This document shows positions 8,387 through 17,501 of a DNA stretch of 64,000 nt, one piece after another; position 1 is the first letter of the stretch; every line of letters starts with the position of its first letter. The notes beneath the pieces are model-generated. The model searched no databases, was not told the DNA's origin, and was given only the letters and a program-made list of their open reading frames with translations. The position numbers and the translations under genes are program-made. Where the stretch lies: assembly GCA_963720455.1 (NCBI GenBank), contig OY970392.1, positions 1,379,745 to 1,443,744 on the forward strand. The letters run 5' to 3'. Source of the DNA: an uncultured Thermoleophilia bacterium (lineage in GTDB: Bacteria > Actinomycetota > Thermoleophilia > Solirubrobacterales > 70-9).

Positions 8387-10675
8387 CTAGGAGCCGCTCG
8401 GCGTGAAAGTCGCCGTCCAGCGAACCGTTGGATTGCTGCTGGGGCCGTTGTTCGGATCGGCCAGGATCGCGATCGCCTGCCCAGCCGTGACAGCCACGCC
8501 ACCGGTGTCGGAACAGGCCTGGTTCGGAGTCGAGACCGTGATCGTGCAGGCAAGGCCCGTGGGCAAGCCGTTCAGCTGGATCACGAACTCGTACTCGTCG
8601 GTCCCGGACCCGGGGCCGCTGCTCAACCTCACGTTGAAGTTGTTCAGCGTGCCGGCCACCGGCATGTTCTGCTGAATCAGCGATTCGGTGGCATCCGAGT
8701 CGTCGATGAAGAGACCGATGAAGCGGTTTCCGCTGCCGCTGGTGGTGGAATCGTTGCCACCGCCGCCGATGATCGTGGTGCTCTGCGGTCCGGCTGCACC
8801 GGTCGCACCGGTTGAGCCGGTTGCACCCGTTGAGCCGGTTGGGCCCGTGGTGCCTTTGGCGCCCGCGTCACCGGTCGGACCCGTGGCGCCTTTAGCACCA
8901 GTGGGACCTTCGGCTCCGGTCGGACCTTTGGCACCTTCAGCTCCGGTCGGACCGGCGGGACCAGCCGGACCGGTGGCACCGGTCGCGCCGTCTTCGCCGT
9001 CCTGGCCGTCAGCACCAGCAGCGCCGGTCGGGCCGGTCGGGCCCTGGGGGCCTTCCGGGCCGGTCGGGCCTTCGGGGCCGGCGGGGCCGGTGGCGCCGTC
9101 TTCACCGTCGGTGCCGTCCTGACCGGCAGCACCGGTCGGGCCGGATGCACCGTCGGCGCCGTTCTGGCCGTCAGCACCAGCGGCACCGGTCGGACCCTGG
9201 GGGCCTTCCGAACCGGTGGCGCCGTCTTCACCGTCGGTTCCGTTGGTTCCATCCTGGCCGGCAGCGCCGGTCGGGCCGGTCACGCCGTCTTCGCCGTCGG
9301 TTCCGTTGGTGCCGTTCTGGCCGTCAGCGCCGGTCGGGCCGGTCACGCCGTCTTCGCCGTCGGTTCCGTTGGTGCCGTTCTGGCCGTCAGCGCCGGTCGG
9401 GCCGGTGACACCGTCTTCGCCGTCGGCGCCGTTCTGGCCGTCAGCACCAGCGGCGCCGGTCGGGCCCTGGGGGCCTTCCGGGCCGGTGGCGCCGTCTTTA
9501 CCGTTGGTTCCGTCTTCGCCGTCGGTTCCGTCCTGGCCGGCAGCGCCGGTCGGGCCGGTTGCACCGTCGGCACCGTCGGTCCCGTTCTGGCCGTCAGCAC
9601 CAGCGGCGCCGGTCGGGCCCTGGGGGCCTTCCGGGCCGGTGGCGCCGTCTTTACCGTCGGTGCCGTCCTGGCCGGCAGCGCCGGTCGGACCGGTTGCACC
9701 GTCTTCGCCGTTGGTTCCGTCCTGGCCGGCAGCGCCGGTCGGGCCGGTTGCACCGTCGGCACCGTCGGTCCCGTTCTGGCCGTCAGCACCAGCGGCGCCG
9801 GTCGGGCCCTGGGGGCCTTCCGGGCCGGTGGCGCCGTCTTTACCGTCGGTGCCGTCCTGGCCGGCAGCGCCGGTCGGACCGGTTGCACCGTCTTCGCCGT
9901 TGGTTCCGTCCTGGCCGGCAGCGCCGGTCGGACCGGTTGCACCGTCTTCGCCGTTGGTTCCGTCCTGACCGGCAGCGCCGGTCGGGCCGGTTGCACCGTC
10001 GGCACCGTCGGTCCCGTTCTGGCCGTCAGCACCAGCAGCACCGGTCGGGCCCTGGGGGCCTTCCGGGCCGGTGGCGCCGTCTTTACCGTCGGTCCCGTCC
10101 TGACCGGCAGCGCCGGTCGGGCCGGTCACGCCGTCTTTGCCGTCGGTCCCGTCCTGACCGTCGGCACCAGTTGCACCGGTGGCGCCAGTCGCCCCTTTGG
10201 CCCCGGTCGGGCCGGCAGGACCGGCGGGGCCAGCCGCACCGGCCGCGCCGGCAGGACCGGTCGAGCCGGCGGGTCCAGCCGACCCAGCCGGGCCGGTCGG
10301 ACCGGTGGCGCCGTCTTTGCCTTTAGCGCCTTCTTTGCCGGCGGCACCTTCTTTGCCCGGGCCGCCTTCTTTACCGGCGGCGCCCGCCGCGCCTGCCGGG
10401 CCGCTGCCGGCTTCGATGCCGAGCACGCCCTGGGAGCCCTTGGTGGTCAGCACGATTACGCGCTTCTCGCCTTTCAGGCATTTCAGGCTCGGCTTGACGA
10501 AACGGATGCTGCCTTTTTCCGGCCCACCCTGCTGAATGCAGAGGTTGACGGTTTCAAGCGAGCGTTTCTGGGCCGCCGGGCTGGTTGCGGCGAGAACGCC
10601 GAACGCGACGAGACACGCCGCGAATGCCAGCATCAGCCAGCGAAGTTTGAACTGTGGGTGCGAACGAACGGTCAT
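8387..10675 (-). CDS. Secreted collagen-like triple-helix-repeat (Gly-X-Y) protein with non-collagenous N- and C-terminal domains
   Basis: 762 aa. Has a signal peptide ([17 protein letters not shown]). An uninterrupted G-X-Y run covers about 550 residues ([19 protein letters not shown]...). It is followed by a globular C-terminal domain of about 120 aa. Confidence 0.9.
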   Translation of the reverse strand: MTVRSHPQFKLRWLMLAFAACLVAFGVLAATSPAAQKRSLETVNLCIQQGGPEKGSIRFVKPSLKCLKGEKRVIVLTTKGSQGVLGIEAGSGPAGAAGAAGKEGGPGKEGAAGKEGAKGKDGATGPTGPAGSAGPAGSTGPAGAAGAAGPAGPAGPTGAKGATGATGATGADGQDGTDGKDGVTGPTGAAGQDGTDGKDGATGPEGPQGPTGAAGADGQNGTDGADGATGPTGAAGQDGTNGEDGATGPTGAAGQDGTNGEDGATGPTGAAGQDGTDGKDGATGPEGPQGPTGAAGADGQNGTDGADGATGPTGAAGQDGTNGEDGATGPTGAAGQDGTDGKDGATGPEGPQGPTGAAGADGQNGTDGADGATGPTGAAGQDGTDGEDGTNGKDGATGPEGPQGPTGAAGADGQNGADGEDGVTGPTGADGQNGTNGTDGEDGVTGPTGADGQNGTNGTDGEDGVTGPTGAAGQDGTNGTDGEDGATGSEGPQGPTGAAGADGQNGADGASGPTGAAGQDGTDGEDGATGPAGPEGPTGPEGPQGPTGPTGAAGADGQDGEDGATGATGPAGPAGPTGAEGAKGPTGAEGPTGAKGATGPTGDAGAKGTTGPTGSTGATGSTGATGAAGPQSTTIIGGGGNDSTTSGSGNRFIGLFIDDSDATESLIQQNMPVAGTLNNFNVRLSSGPGSGTDEYEFVIQLNGLPTGLACTITVSTPNQACSDTGGVAVTAGQAIAILADPNNGPSSNPTVRWTATFTPSGS
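9541..9918. repeat. Exact 189-bp tandem duplication inside the collagen-like gene
   Basis: Bases 9541-9729 and 9730-9918 read identically (63 codons = 21 GXY triplets). Diverged further copies flank them on both sides. Confidence 0.85.
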
Positions 10676-10809
10676 CCGGGATCTCTCTCCCTTTTGTTGG
10701 GGAATTCATGACTGGTGCCTGGTGGGCGCCTTTGAGGGAGCGCAAAGTACAGACGGATTGGACGATCGCTCAGGCCTTTGGGTCCAACATCTGGCCAAAC
10801 TCAATGTTT

Positions 10810-12309
10810 TCACTCAAGGTCCCCTCCTGAAAACTTGGTCTCACAGGCAGGGACACCCCGGTTTGTTGCAAAGGCCCCGATCGCCTGCATCGGAGCCTGT
10901 GCCTTCAAGAGGACCTCTTGAAGCTCGTTTTGGGCGTCAGATTGCAGCGTGATCGCGCCGCCGGTGCCGATCGAGGCCTCCCCTCCGGCGAGCACGATGG
11001 TCCGGATCGTGACGCTGAGGTCGCAGCTACCGCCGAGGGCGAAGTACCCGACCGCCCCCGAGTAGACCCCCCGCGCCCGCCCCTCCAGGCGGTCGAGGAT
11101 CTCCATCGTCCGCAGCTTCGGCGCCCCGGTCATCGAGCCCGGCGGGAAGCAGGAGCGGACGCAGTCGAGTGCGGTGCTGTCCGGTCGCAACCGCCCCCGA
11201 ACGGTGGAGACGAGCTGGTGCACGGTCTCGTAGGTCTCGACCTCCATCAGGGCCGGCACCTCGATGCTCCCAACCTCGCAGACGGCACCGAGGTCGTTGC
11301 GCATCAGGTCGACGATCATCAGGTTCTCGGCTCGGTTCTTCTCGCTCGCGCGCAGCTCCTCGGCCAGGCGCGCGTCCTCGGCCGGCGTCTCGCCGCGCCG
11401 CGCCGTTCCCTTGATCGGTCTCGCTTCGACCCGCCCTCCCCTATCGATTCGGAGGAACCGCTCGGGCGAGGAGCTGAGCACGGCAAGGTCGCCGAACCGC
11501 AGGTAGGAGGCAAACGGCGCCGGGTTGACCCGCCGCAGCTCTATATATAGATCGAGCGGGTCCGCATCGACATCGGCCGTGACTGCATTGGTCAGGCAGA
11601 TCTCGTAGCTGTCGCCGTCGAGCAGGTGCTCCTTACAGGTCGCGATGTCGGCCAGGTAACGGCTTTGGGAGCGGGCCAGGCGGGGGGACACGGGGGAAGG
11701 GTCGGCGGAGCAACAGCGGGGAGGCTCCGCCGACCCTTCCCCCGTGTCCCCGGCGTCAGCGCCGGCTTCCAGCTCCGATAGGCGCGCAGCCGTCTCGGCG
11801 ATCCAGGCGTTGGCCTCCTCTTCGGTCGCGGGCTCATGCAGGGAGAGCAGATACGTACGCTGCAACTCGTGGTCGAAGGCGAGCAGGCGGTCCGCGAAGA
11901 CGAAGGCGGCGTCGGGGAGGGGCGAGCTGTGGGAGTTGGGGCTACCGCAATCGGCTTTGACCTCGTAGCCCAGATAGCCGGCGAAGCCGCAGTGAAAGTC
12001 GAAAGGGAGGTCGGTGGCAAAGTCGGCAACCGAAGGGCGGAGCCGCGCCAGCTCTTGCTCAAGGTAGTCGAGAATCGGTTCCGCACGGACTTCGTTCTCC
12101 CCGCCCCGCTTCACCGTCACCTCGCCCGCCTCGACGTCGTAGGAGACCGTGGCCGCGAGCGGGCCGGAGGCGTCGCCCATGAAGGAGAAGCGGGCCTTTC
12201 CCCCGGGCCTGCTGCTGTCGAGCCAGAAGGCGCTGGGGCTGTCGCGGTAGAGCGCCGCAAAGGCCAGGCCGGGGTCGACGGGACGATCGATGCGGCGCAC
12301 CAGCCTCAT
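10810..12309 (-). CDS. pabB: Aminodeoxychorismate synthase component I (chorismate-binding enzyme)
   Basis: Chorismate-binding family motifs present (SPERFLRI, PKLRTMEILD, RGVYSGAVGYF). Start taken at ATG 12307-12309, which forms an ATGA overlap with the upstream amidotransferase stop. pabA and pabC are neighbours. Confidence 0.8.
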   Translation of the reverse strand: MRLVRRIDRPVDPGLAFAALYRDSPSAFWLDSSRPGGKARFSFMGDASGPLAATVSYDVEAGEVTVKRGGENEVRAEPILDYLEQELARLRPSVADFATDLPFDFHCGFAGYLGYEVKADCGSPNSHSSPLPDAAFVFADRLLAFDHELQRTYLLSLHEPATEEEANAWIAETAARLSELEAGADAGDTGEGSAEPPRCCSADPSPVSPRLARSQSRYLADIATCKEHLLDGDSYEICLTNAVTADVDADPLDLYIELRRVNPAPFASYLRFGDLAVLSSSPERFLRIDRGGRVEARPIKGTARRGETPAEDARLAEELRASEKNRAENLMIVDLMRNDLGAVCEVGSIEVPALMEVETYETVHQLVSTVRGRLRPDSTALDCVRSCFPPGSMTGAPKLRTMEILDRLEGRARGVYSGAVGYFALGGSCDLSVTIRTIVLAGGEASIGTGGAITLQSDAQNELQEVLLKAQAPMQAIGAFATNRGVPACETKFSGGDLE

Positions 12310-12905
12310 AGCGCGGCTGTGAGGTCGCGGAAGTTGGCGAGCAGGCGCCGACCGTGCTCGGTGGCCACCGACTCCGGGTGGAACTGGACGCCCCACTGGG
12401 GGCGGGTGCGGTGCGCGACCGCCATCACCACCCCGTCCCCGGCCCAGGCGATCGCCTCCAGCTCCACCGGCAACGCTCCCTGCAGGCAGAGCGAGTGATA
12501 GCGGACCGCGTCGAAGCGCCGGGGGATGCCGGCGAACAGCGGCGCGCCCTCGTGCTCGACCGCCCGCAGCCGGCCGTGCAGGGCCTCCGGGGCGCGGCCG
12601 ACCCGGCCGCCGTAGACCCAGCCGAGGCCCTGGTGGCCCAGGCAGACGCCCAGCAGGGGTGCCTGGCAGTGGCGGATCGCCTCGGCGCAGACGCCGAAGT
12701 CGCGCCGCCGCTCCGGCCGGCCCGGCCCCGGCGAGATGACGACGTTGTCGAATCGGAGCCGCGACAGCTCCGCCCAGCTCGCCTCGTCGTTGCGGACGAC
12801 GACCGGCTCCACCCCGTTCTCCTCCGCCAGCAGCTGGAAGAGGTTGTAGGTGAAGGAGTCGTAGTTGTCGATCAGCAGCGTCAGCACCGGCGAGCGAGTC
12901 GTCAA
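12306..12905 (-). CDS. pabA: Glutamine amidotransferase component II (PabA/TrpG type)
   Basis: LLIDNYDSFTYNLFQLL is present. The catalytic motif is GVCLGHQGL, followed by the FHPES end motif. Confidence 0.85.
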   Translation of the reverse strand: MTTRSPVLTLLIDNYDSFTYNLFQLLAEENGVEPVVVRNDEASWAELSRLRFDNVVISPGPGRPERRRDFGVCAEAIRHCQAPLLGVCLGHQGLGWVYGGRVGRAPEALHGRLRAVEHEGAPLFAGIPRRFDAVRYHSLCLQGALPVELEAIAWAGDGVVMAVAHRTRPQWGVQFHPESVATEHGRRLLANFRDLTAAL

Positions 12906-12915
12906 ACTACCCGCG

Positions 12916-13692
12916 ATGGCGACCCTCCCCCCGCCCGACCGGGCCCGCGGCCTGTTCGAGACCCTGCTGATCCTCGACGGCGACCCGATCGAGCTCGACG
13001 CTCATCTCGACCGCCTGGCCACGAGCCTGGCGACGCTGTTCGGGGCATCGCCGCCGGGGGGCCTCGCCGGCGAAGTCCGCGAGCGTGCCGGTGGCACCCG
13101 CCTCGGGCGCATGCGCATCAGCGTCGACTCCGCCGGCACCGCGGGGAGGATCGAGACCGAAGGCGTCGACCCGGCCGACTTCTTCCCGGCTGGGGAGCGC
13201 GGCGCGGCCCTGCGCTCGCTGCCCTGCGACGGCGGTCTCGGCCGACACAAGTGGGCCGACCGGCGGCGGCTGGGCGAAGTCGCCGGCGGCCCGGTCCCGC
13301 TGTTGCTCGACCGCGAGCAGGTACTCGAGGCCGGGCGCGCCAACGTCTTCGTGGCGATCGGCAGTGCCCTCTTCACACCCTCCGACGATGGGCGCATCCT
13401 CCCCGGCATCGCTCGTGCCGGGGCGATCGCGGCCGCCCGTGAGGACGGGATCGAGGTGATCGAGAAGCGGCTGAATCGTGACGAGCTGCTGGGCGCCGAC
13501 GAGGTCTTCCTGACCGGCTCCGTGCGCGGAGTCGAGCCCACCCGGTCACTCGATGGCGCACCCCTGGCGCCGGCGGGAGAGCTCAGCCGCCGGGTCGGCG
13601 AGGGACTGCGCCGACGCTGGCTGGGCGGCCCCGGCGCGGCCGCCGCTCCAGCGCCCGCAGCCGCGCCACCACCCGGTCCGCTCGTTCGCTGA
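12916..13692 (+). CDS. pabC: Class IV aminotransferase-fold enzyme, probable aminodeoxychorismate lyase
   Basis: [23 protein letters not shown] and [14 protein letters not shown] are class-IV fold motifs. ATG at 12916. Lies next to pabAB. Confidence 0.7.
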   Translation: MATLPPPDRARGLFETLLILDGDPIELDAHLDRLATSLATLFGASPPGGLAGEVRERAGGTRLGRMRISVDSAGTAGRIETEGVDPADFFPAGERGAALRSLPCDGGLGRHKWADRRRLGEVAGGPVPLLLDREQVLEAGRANVFVAIGSALFTPSDDGRILPGIARAGAIAAAREDGIEVIEKRLNRDELLGADEVFLTGSVRGVEPTRSLDGAPLAPAGELSRRVGEGLRRRWLGGPGAAAAPAPAAAPPPGPLVR

Positions 13693-13987
13693 AGCTGCGC
13701 AGGGTCGCGTCCTCGGCGGGCCTACCAGGGGCGGCCGGGGCGCTCGCCGGCTCCCGCTCCGCGACGGCAAGCGCCGCCGCGGTCGCCCGCTCGGCGACGT
13801 CGGCGGCGCGGCGGGCCTGCTGGGCGGCGTCCAGAGCCGCGGTGCCAATCTCAACCGCCGCCTTTTCCGAGGCCTTTGCGATCACCAGCGCCTGGTCGAT
13901 CCGCTGCTCCAGCTCGCTCAGCAGCGGCGGCGCCGAGCCCTGCGGGAGCAGCCAGTCCTGGGTACTGTCGCGCTCGGCGGCCTCCAT
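13583..13987 (-). CDS. Hypothetical small alpha-helical (coiled-coil-like) protein
   Basis: This is the internal-ATG portion of ORF 13583..14173. Its composition is natural (A/E/L/Q/R) and third codon positions are G/C-rich, whereas the co-registered plus frame is Arg-rich junk. The 3-prime end overlaps the pabC tail by about 110 nt. No clear RBS. Confidence 0.45.
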   Translation of the reverse strand: MEAAERDSTQDWLLPQGSAPPLLSELEQRIDQALVIAKASEKAAVEIGTAALDAAQQARRAADVAERATAAALAVAEREPASAPAAPGRPAEDATLRSFSERADRVVARLRALERRPRRGRPASVGAVPRRPGG

Positions 13988-14080
13988 TTGCGGGCAATTT
14001 ACGGGCGCCACAGGCGGCAAAGGCGCCGGGTCACTAGATTCCGGCCCGCCCAGAAGAGAACGAACGACCCGAGGAGTGCC

Positions 14081-15133
14081 TTGAGAAACCCCAGAGACTT
14101 CTTCCAGCCGCAGGCAATCGGAGCGCCGGAGCCACTGCGCGAGATCCCGGTCAAGCCCTCGCGGATGATCCACTTCCTCGACTTCTCGAACGAGAAAATG
14201 GTCGCCAAGGCGGCCGCCATCGCCGAGAAGACCGACATCCTGCTCGGAAACCTCGAGGACGCGATTCCGGTCGACCGCAAGGAGGCCGCGCGCCAGGGCC
14301 TGATCAAGGCCGCCAAGGAGTCCGACTTCGGGAACACGGCGCTGTGGACCCGGGTCAACTCGCTGGAGAGCCCCTGGGTGCTCGACGACCTCACCACCCT
14401 GGTCACCGAGATCGGCGACAAGCTAGAGGTCGTGATGGTGCCCAAGGTCGAGGGCGCCTGGGACATCCACTACGTCGACCGCCTGCTGGCCCAGCTCGAG
14501 GCCAAGGCCAAGCTCGACCGGCCGATCCTCGTCCACGCGATCCTCGAGACGGCGCAGGGCGTCGTCAACGTCGAGGAGATCGCCGCCGCCAGCCCGCGCA
14601 TGCAGGGGATGAGCTTCGGCCCGGCCGACCTCGCCGCCTCGCGGCGGATGAAGACGACCCGGGTCGGCGGCGGCCACCCCGGCTACCGTTCGATGGAGGA
14701 CCCGGCCGATCCCGAGAACCCCGAGGCCGACCGCGTCACCGCCCAGCAGGACCCGTGGCACTACTCGATCGCCCGCATGGTCGACGCCTGCGCCTCGACC
14801 GGGATCCTGCCCTTCTACGGCCCCTTCGGCGACATCAAGGACACGGCCGGTTGCGAGACCCAGTTCCGCGCCGCCTTCCTGCTCGGCTGCGTCGGCGCCT
14901 GGTCCCTGCACCCAGTCCAGATCGACATCGCCAAGAAGGTCTTCAGCCCGCCGCCGGACGAGGTCAGGTTCGCGAAGAAAGTCCTGGAGGCGATCCCCGA
15001 CGGCCGCGGCGTCCACATGATCGACGGCAAGATGCAGGACGACGCCACCTGGAAGCAGTGCAAGGTGATGGTCGAGCTGGCGGAAATGCTGGCCGCGAAG
15101 GACCCGGAGCTGGCCGAGCAGTACGGGCTCTAG
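14081..15133 (+). CDS. mcl: L-malyl-CoA/beta-methylmalyl-CoA lyase-type enzyme (HpcH/HpaI-CitE aldolase superfamily)
   Basis: Collinear with my recollection of Chloroflexus/Rhodobacter Mcl from [18 protein letters not shown] to the end ([38 protein letters not shown]). Start placed at TTG 14081, which has a GAGGAG Shine-Dalgarno 5 nt upstream. Confidence 0.75.
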   Translation: MRNPRDFFQPQAIGAPEPLREIPVKPSRMIHFLDFSNEKMVAKAAAIAEKTDILLGNLEDAIPVDRKEAARQGLIKAAKESDFGNTALWTRVNSLESPWVLDDLTTLVTEIGDKLEVVMVPKVEGAWDIHYVDRLLAQLEAKAKLDRPILVHAILETAQGVVNVEEIAAASPRMQGMSFGPADLAASRRMKTTRVGGGHPGYRSMEDPADPENPEADRVTAQQDPWHYSIARMVDACASTGILPFYGPFGDIKDTAGCETQFRAAFLLGCVGAWSLHPVQIDIAKKVFSPPPDEVRFAKKVLEAIPDGRGVHMIDGKMQDDATWKQCKVMVELAEMLAAKDPELAEQYGL

Positions 15134-15158
15134 CAGCCCCGGCGCGCGGGGCCTGTCA

Positions 15159-15221
15159 CGAGGGGAAGGGGGGCCTGCGGGCGGGGCTAACTGGCTCCGT
15201 TCTCGGCCCCCCTTCCCCTCG
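15159..15221. repeat. Long-arm intergenic palindrome
   Basis: CGAGGGGAAGGGGGGCC (15159-15175) and its exact complement (15205-15221) are separated by 29 nt. Lies between the convergent mcl and pckG stops. Confidence 0.7.
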
Positions 15222-15271
15222 CGCCACCCGCGCGAGGGGCGTCTGCGCCCGTACGGCTGGGCGCTCCGCGG

Positions 15272-17083
15272 CTAGCTGAGGCGGGCTTCCAGGGCTTTGA
15301 GCTGATCTTTGATCTGCGGCGGCAGCTTCTCGCCGAACTTGGCCAGGTGCTCCTGGACCTGGGGCAGCTGCGCCTTGACCAGCTCGGTGTCGACGCTGAG
15401 CAGCTCCTTCATCGCCTCCTCGGAGACGTTGAGGCCCTCGGTGTCGATCGCGTCCGCGGTCGGCAGCAGGCCGATCGGGGTCTCGACCGCCTCGGCGGCG
15501 TCCTCGCAGCGGCGGAAGACCCACTCCAGCACGCGGCTGTTCTCGCCGAAGCCGGGCCAGAGGAACTTGCCCTCGGCGTCTTTGCGGAACCAGTTGACGT
15601 AGAAGACACGCGGCAGCTGCGCCCCCTCGCGCTCGCCGATCTTCAGCCAGTGGGCGAAGTAGTCGGCCATGTCGTATCCGCAGAAGGGCAGCATCGCCAT
15701 CGGGTCGAAGCGCAGCTGGCCGACCGCACCGGCCGCGGCGGCGGTCGTCTCCGAGGACATCGTCGCCCCCATGAAGACGGCGTGCTCCCAGTCGAAGGCC
15801 TCCTGGACCAGCGGCACCACCGTCGCCCGGCGGCCGCCGAAGAGGAAGGCGTCGATCGGCACCCCGGCGGGGTCCTCCCACTCGGGCGCGATCGAGGGGC
15901 ACTGCGAGGCCGGCGTCGTGAAGCGGGCGTTGGGGTGGGCGGCGGGCGTCTCGGAGTCCGGCGTCCAGTCGTTGCCGTGCCAGTCGACGACGTGATCCGG
16001 CGGTGCCCCGGTCATCCCCTCCCACCAGATGTCGCCGTCGTCGGTCTTGGCGCAGTTGGTGAAGATCGAGTTGCGCTCGATCGTGTCCATCGCGTTCGGG
16101 TTCGTCTTGTGGCTCGTGTTCGGCGCGACGCCGAAGAAGCCGGCCTCGGGGTTGACCGCGTAGAGGCGGCCGTCCTCGCCGAACTTCATCCAGGCGATGT
16201 CGTCGCCGACCGTCTCCACCTTCCAGTCCGGCAGGGTCGGGACCAGCATCGCCAGGTTGGTCTTGCCGCAGGCCGACGGGAAGGCGCCGGTGATGTACTT
16301 GACGCCGCCCTCGGGCGAGGTCAGTTTGAGGATCAGCATGTGCTCGGCCAGCCAGCCCTCGTCGCGGGCCATCGCCGAGGCGATCCGCAGCGCGAAGCAC
16401 TTCTTGCCCAGCAGCGCGTTGCCGCCGTAGCCGGATCCGAAGGACCAGATTTCACGGCTCTCGGGGTAGTGGACGATGTACTTGTTGTCCTCGTTGCAGG
16501 GCCAGGAGACGTCTTCGACACCCGCGGGCAGCGGCATCCCGACCGAGTGGACGCAGGGGACGAACTCGCCGTCTTCGCCGAGCACGTCGAGCGCGGCCTT
16601 GCCCATCCGGGTCATGATCCGCATGTTCGTCGCGACGTAGGCGGAGTCGGTCAGCTGGACGCCGATTTCGGAGATCTCGGAACCGAGCGGCCCCATCGAG
16701 AAGGGCACCACGTACATCGTCCGGCCCACCATGCAGCCCTTGAAGAAGCCGTTCAGCGTCTCCCGCATCTCGGCCGGGTCGCGCCAGTTGTTGGTCGGGC
16801 CGGCGTCGGCCTCCCGCTCGGAGCAGATGAAGGTGCGGTCTTCGACCCGGGCGACGTCGGCGGGGTCGGAGAGGGCGAGGTAGGAGTTGGGCCGCTTGGC
16901 GTCGGAGAGGCGCTCGAAGGTGCCGGCGTCGATCAGGGCCTGGGCCAGCGAGTCGTACTCCTCGGCCGAGCCGTCGCACCAGTGGACGGAGTCGGGCTGC
17001 GTCAGGGCCGCGATCTCGTCGACCCAGGCGCGCAGCCTGGCGTGGGTGGTCAGCTCGGAAGGGGCCGTGGTCAAGTCGCTCAT
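15272..17083 (-). CDS. pckG: Phosphoenolpyruvate carboxykinase (GTP)
   Basis: Unmistakable GTP-PEPCK sequence ([37 protein letters not shown]). Start at ATG 17081-17083 ([11 protein letters not shown]...). Confidence 0.95.
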   Translation of the reverse strand: MSDLTTAPSELTTHARLRAWVDEIAALTQPDSVHWCDGSAEEYDSLAQALIDAGTFERLSDAKRPNSYLALSDPADVARVEDRTFICSEREADAGPTNNWRDPAEMRETLNGFFKGCMVGRTMYVVPFSMGPLGSEISEIGVQLTDSAYVATNMRIMTRMGKAALDVLGEDGEFVPCVHSVGMPLPAGVEDVSWPCNEDNKYIVHYPESREIWSFGSGYGGNALLGKKCFALRIASAMARDEGWLAEHMLILKLTSPEGGVKYITGAFPSACGKTNLAMLVPTLPDWKVETVGDDIAWMKFGEDGRLYAVNPEAGFFGVAPNTSHKTNPNAMDTIERNSIFTNCAKTDDGDIWWEGMTGAPPDHVVDWHGNDWTPDSETPAAHPNARFTTPASQCPSIAPEWEDPAGVPIDAFLFGGRRATVVPLVQEAFDWEHAVFMGATMSSETTAAAAGAVGQLRFDPMAMLPFCGYDMADYFAHWLKIGEREGAQLPRVFYVNWFRKDAEGKFLWPGFGENSRVLEWVFRRCEDAAEAVETPIGLLPTADAIDTEGLNVSEEAMKELLSVDTELVKAQLPQVQEHLAKFGEKLPPQIKDQLKALEARLS

Positions 17084-17093
17084 TCGCCTCTCT

Positions 17094-17417
17094 CTAGGTC
17101 TTGAATTTGAAGCCGACGACGTCGGTGTCGGCATCCTCGTTGCGGATTTTCAGCGTGATCGCTGCCTGCTTGCCATCTGGGTAACTCACCGCGCAGGTGA
17201 AGGTCGTGCCGGGGTCCACCTCGGGTGATGGGCAGTCGACCGACCTGACTTTTTCATCGCGCGTCTTTTCGACGTCGGCCTTAATCGTATCCTCGATCTT
17301 GGCGTCGTCGATCACCGTTCCCCCGCACCCGGTCGCCGCAAACGCCAGGACGGCCAGAGCGGCGGCCACGGCGCAGAGCGTGGAAAAGCGCTTCTTCCCC
17401 CGGGGGGCAGGGCTCAC
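17094..17417 (-). CDS. DUF4333-like lipoprotein
   Basis: Signal peptide plus lipobox (LAFAATGC). The small domain has the [16 protein letters not shown] pattern. Lies 10 nt upstream of pckG. Confidence 0.65.
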   Translation of the reverse strand: MSPAPRGKKRFSTLCAVAAALAVLAFAATGCGGTVIDDAKIEDTIKADVEKTRDEKVRSVDCPSPEVDPGTTFTCAVSYPDGKQAAITLKIRNEDADTDVVGFKFKT

Positions 17418-17501
17418 CGCGGAAGTATCCCAGCCCCCGACGACACCTCGGACGAGCGTGCCCTCGTATCGTGGGAGACGTCAGGCGTCTCGATCCGACG
17501 A

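Noticed and set aside
8677-10347. Pro/Arg-rich ORFs in other frames and on the other strand of the collagen-like gene; periodic repeats that could be mistaken for a CRISPR-like array
   Set aside because: The periodicity comes from the in-frame GXY codon repeat of a single long signal-peptide-bearing ORF. There is no repeat-spacer structure, and the repeat units are contiguous and coding.
13553-14080. N-terminal 176 codons of the 526-aa ORF 13553..15133
   Set aside because: The sequence is Arg/Gly-rich, typical of an antisense frame in GC-rich DNA. Similarity to malyl-CoA lyases begins only at TTG 14081, which has its own RBS. The opposite strand here carries a more natural-looking ORF.
15156-17104. 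Long ORFs on both strands overlapping pckG (15156..16400 minus, 15347..17104 plus, and others)
   Set aside because: These are Arg/Pro/Gly/Asp-rich and low in complexity, and they overlap an unmistakable PEPCK gene. They are the expected open alternative frames of roughly 70% GC DNA. The same applies to 55491..58265 opposite ccmF, 59956..63084 opposite the large secreted-protein gene, 36245..38752, 41668..42933, 48330..49982 and similar ORFs.
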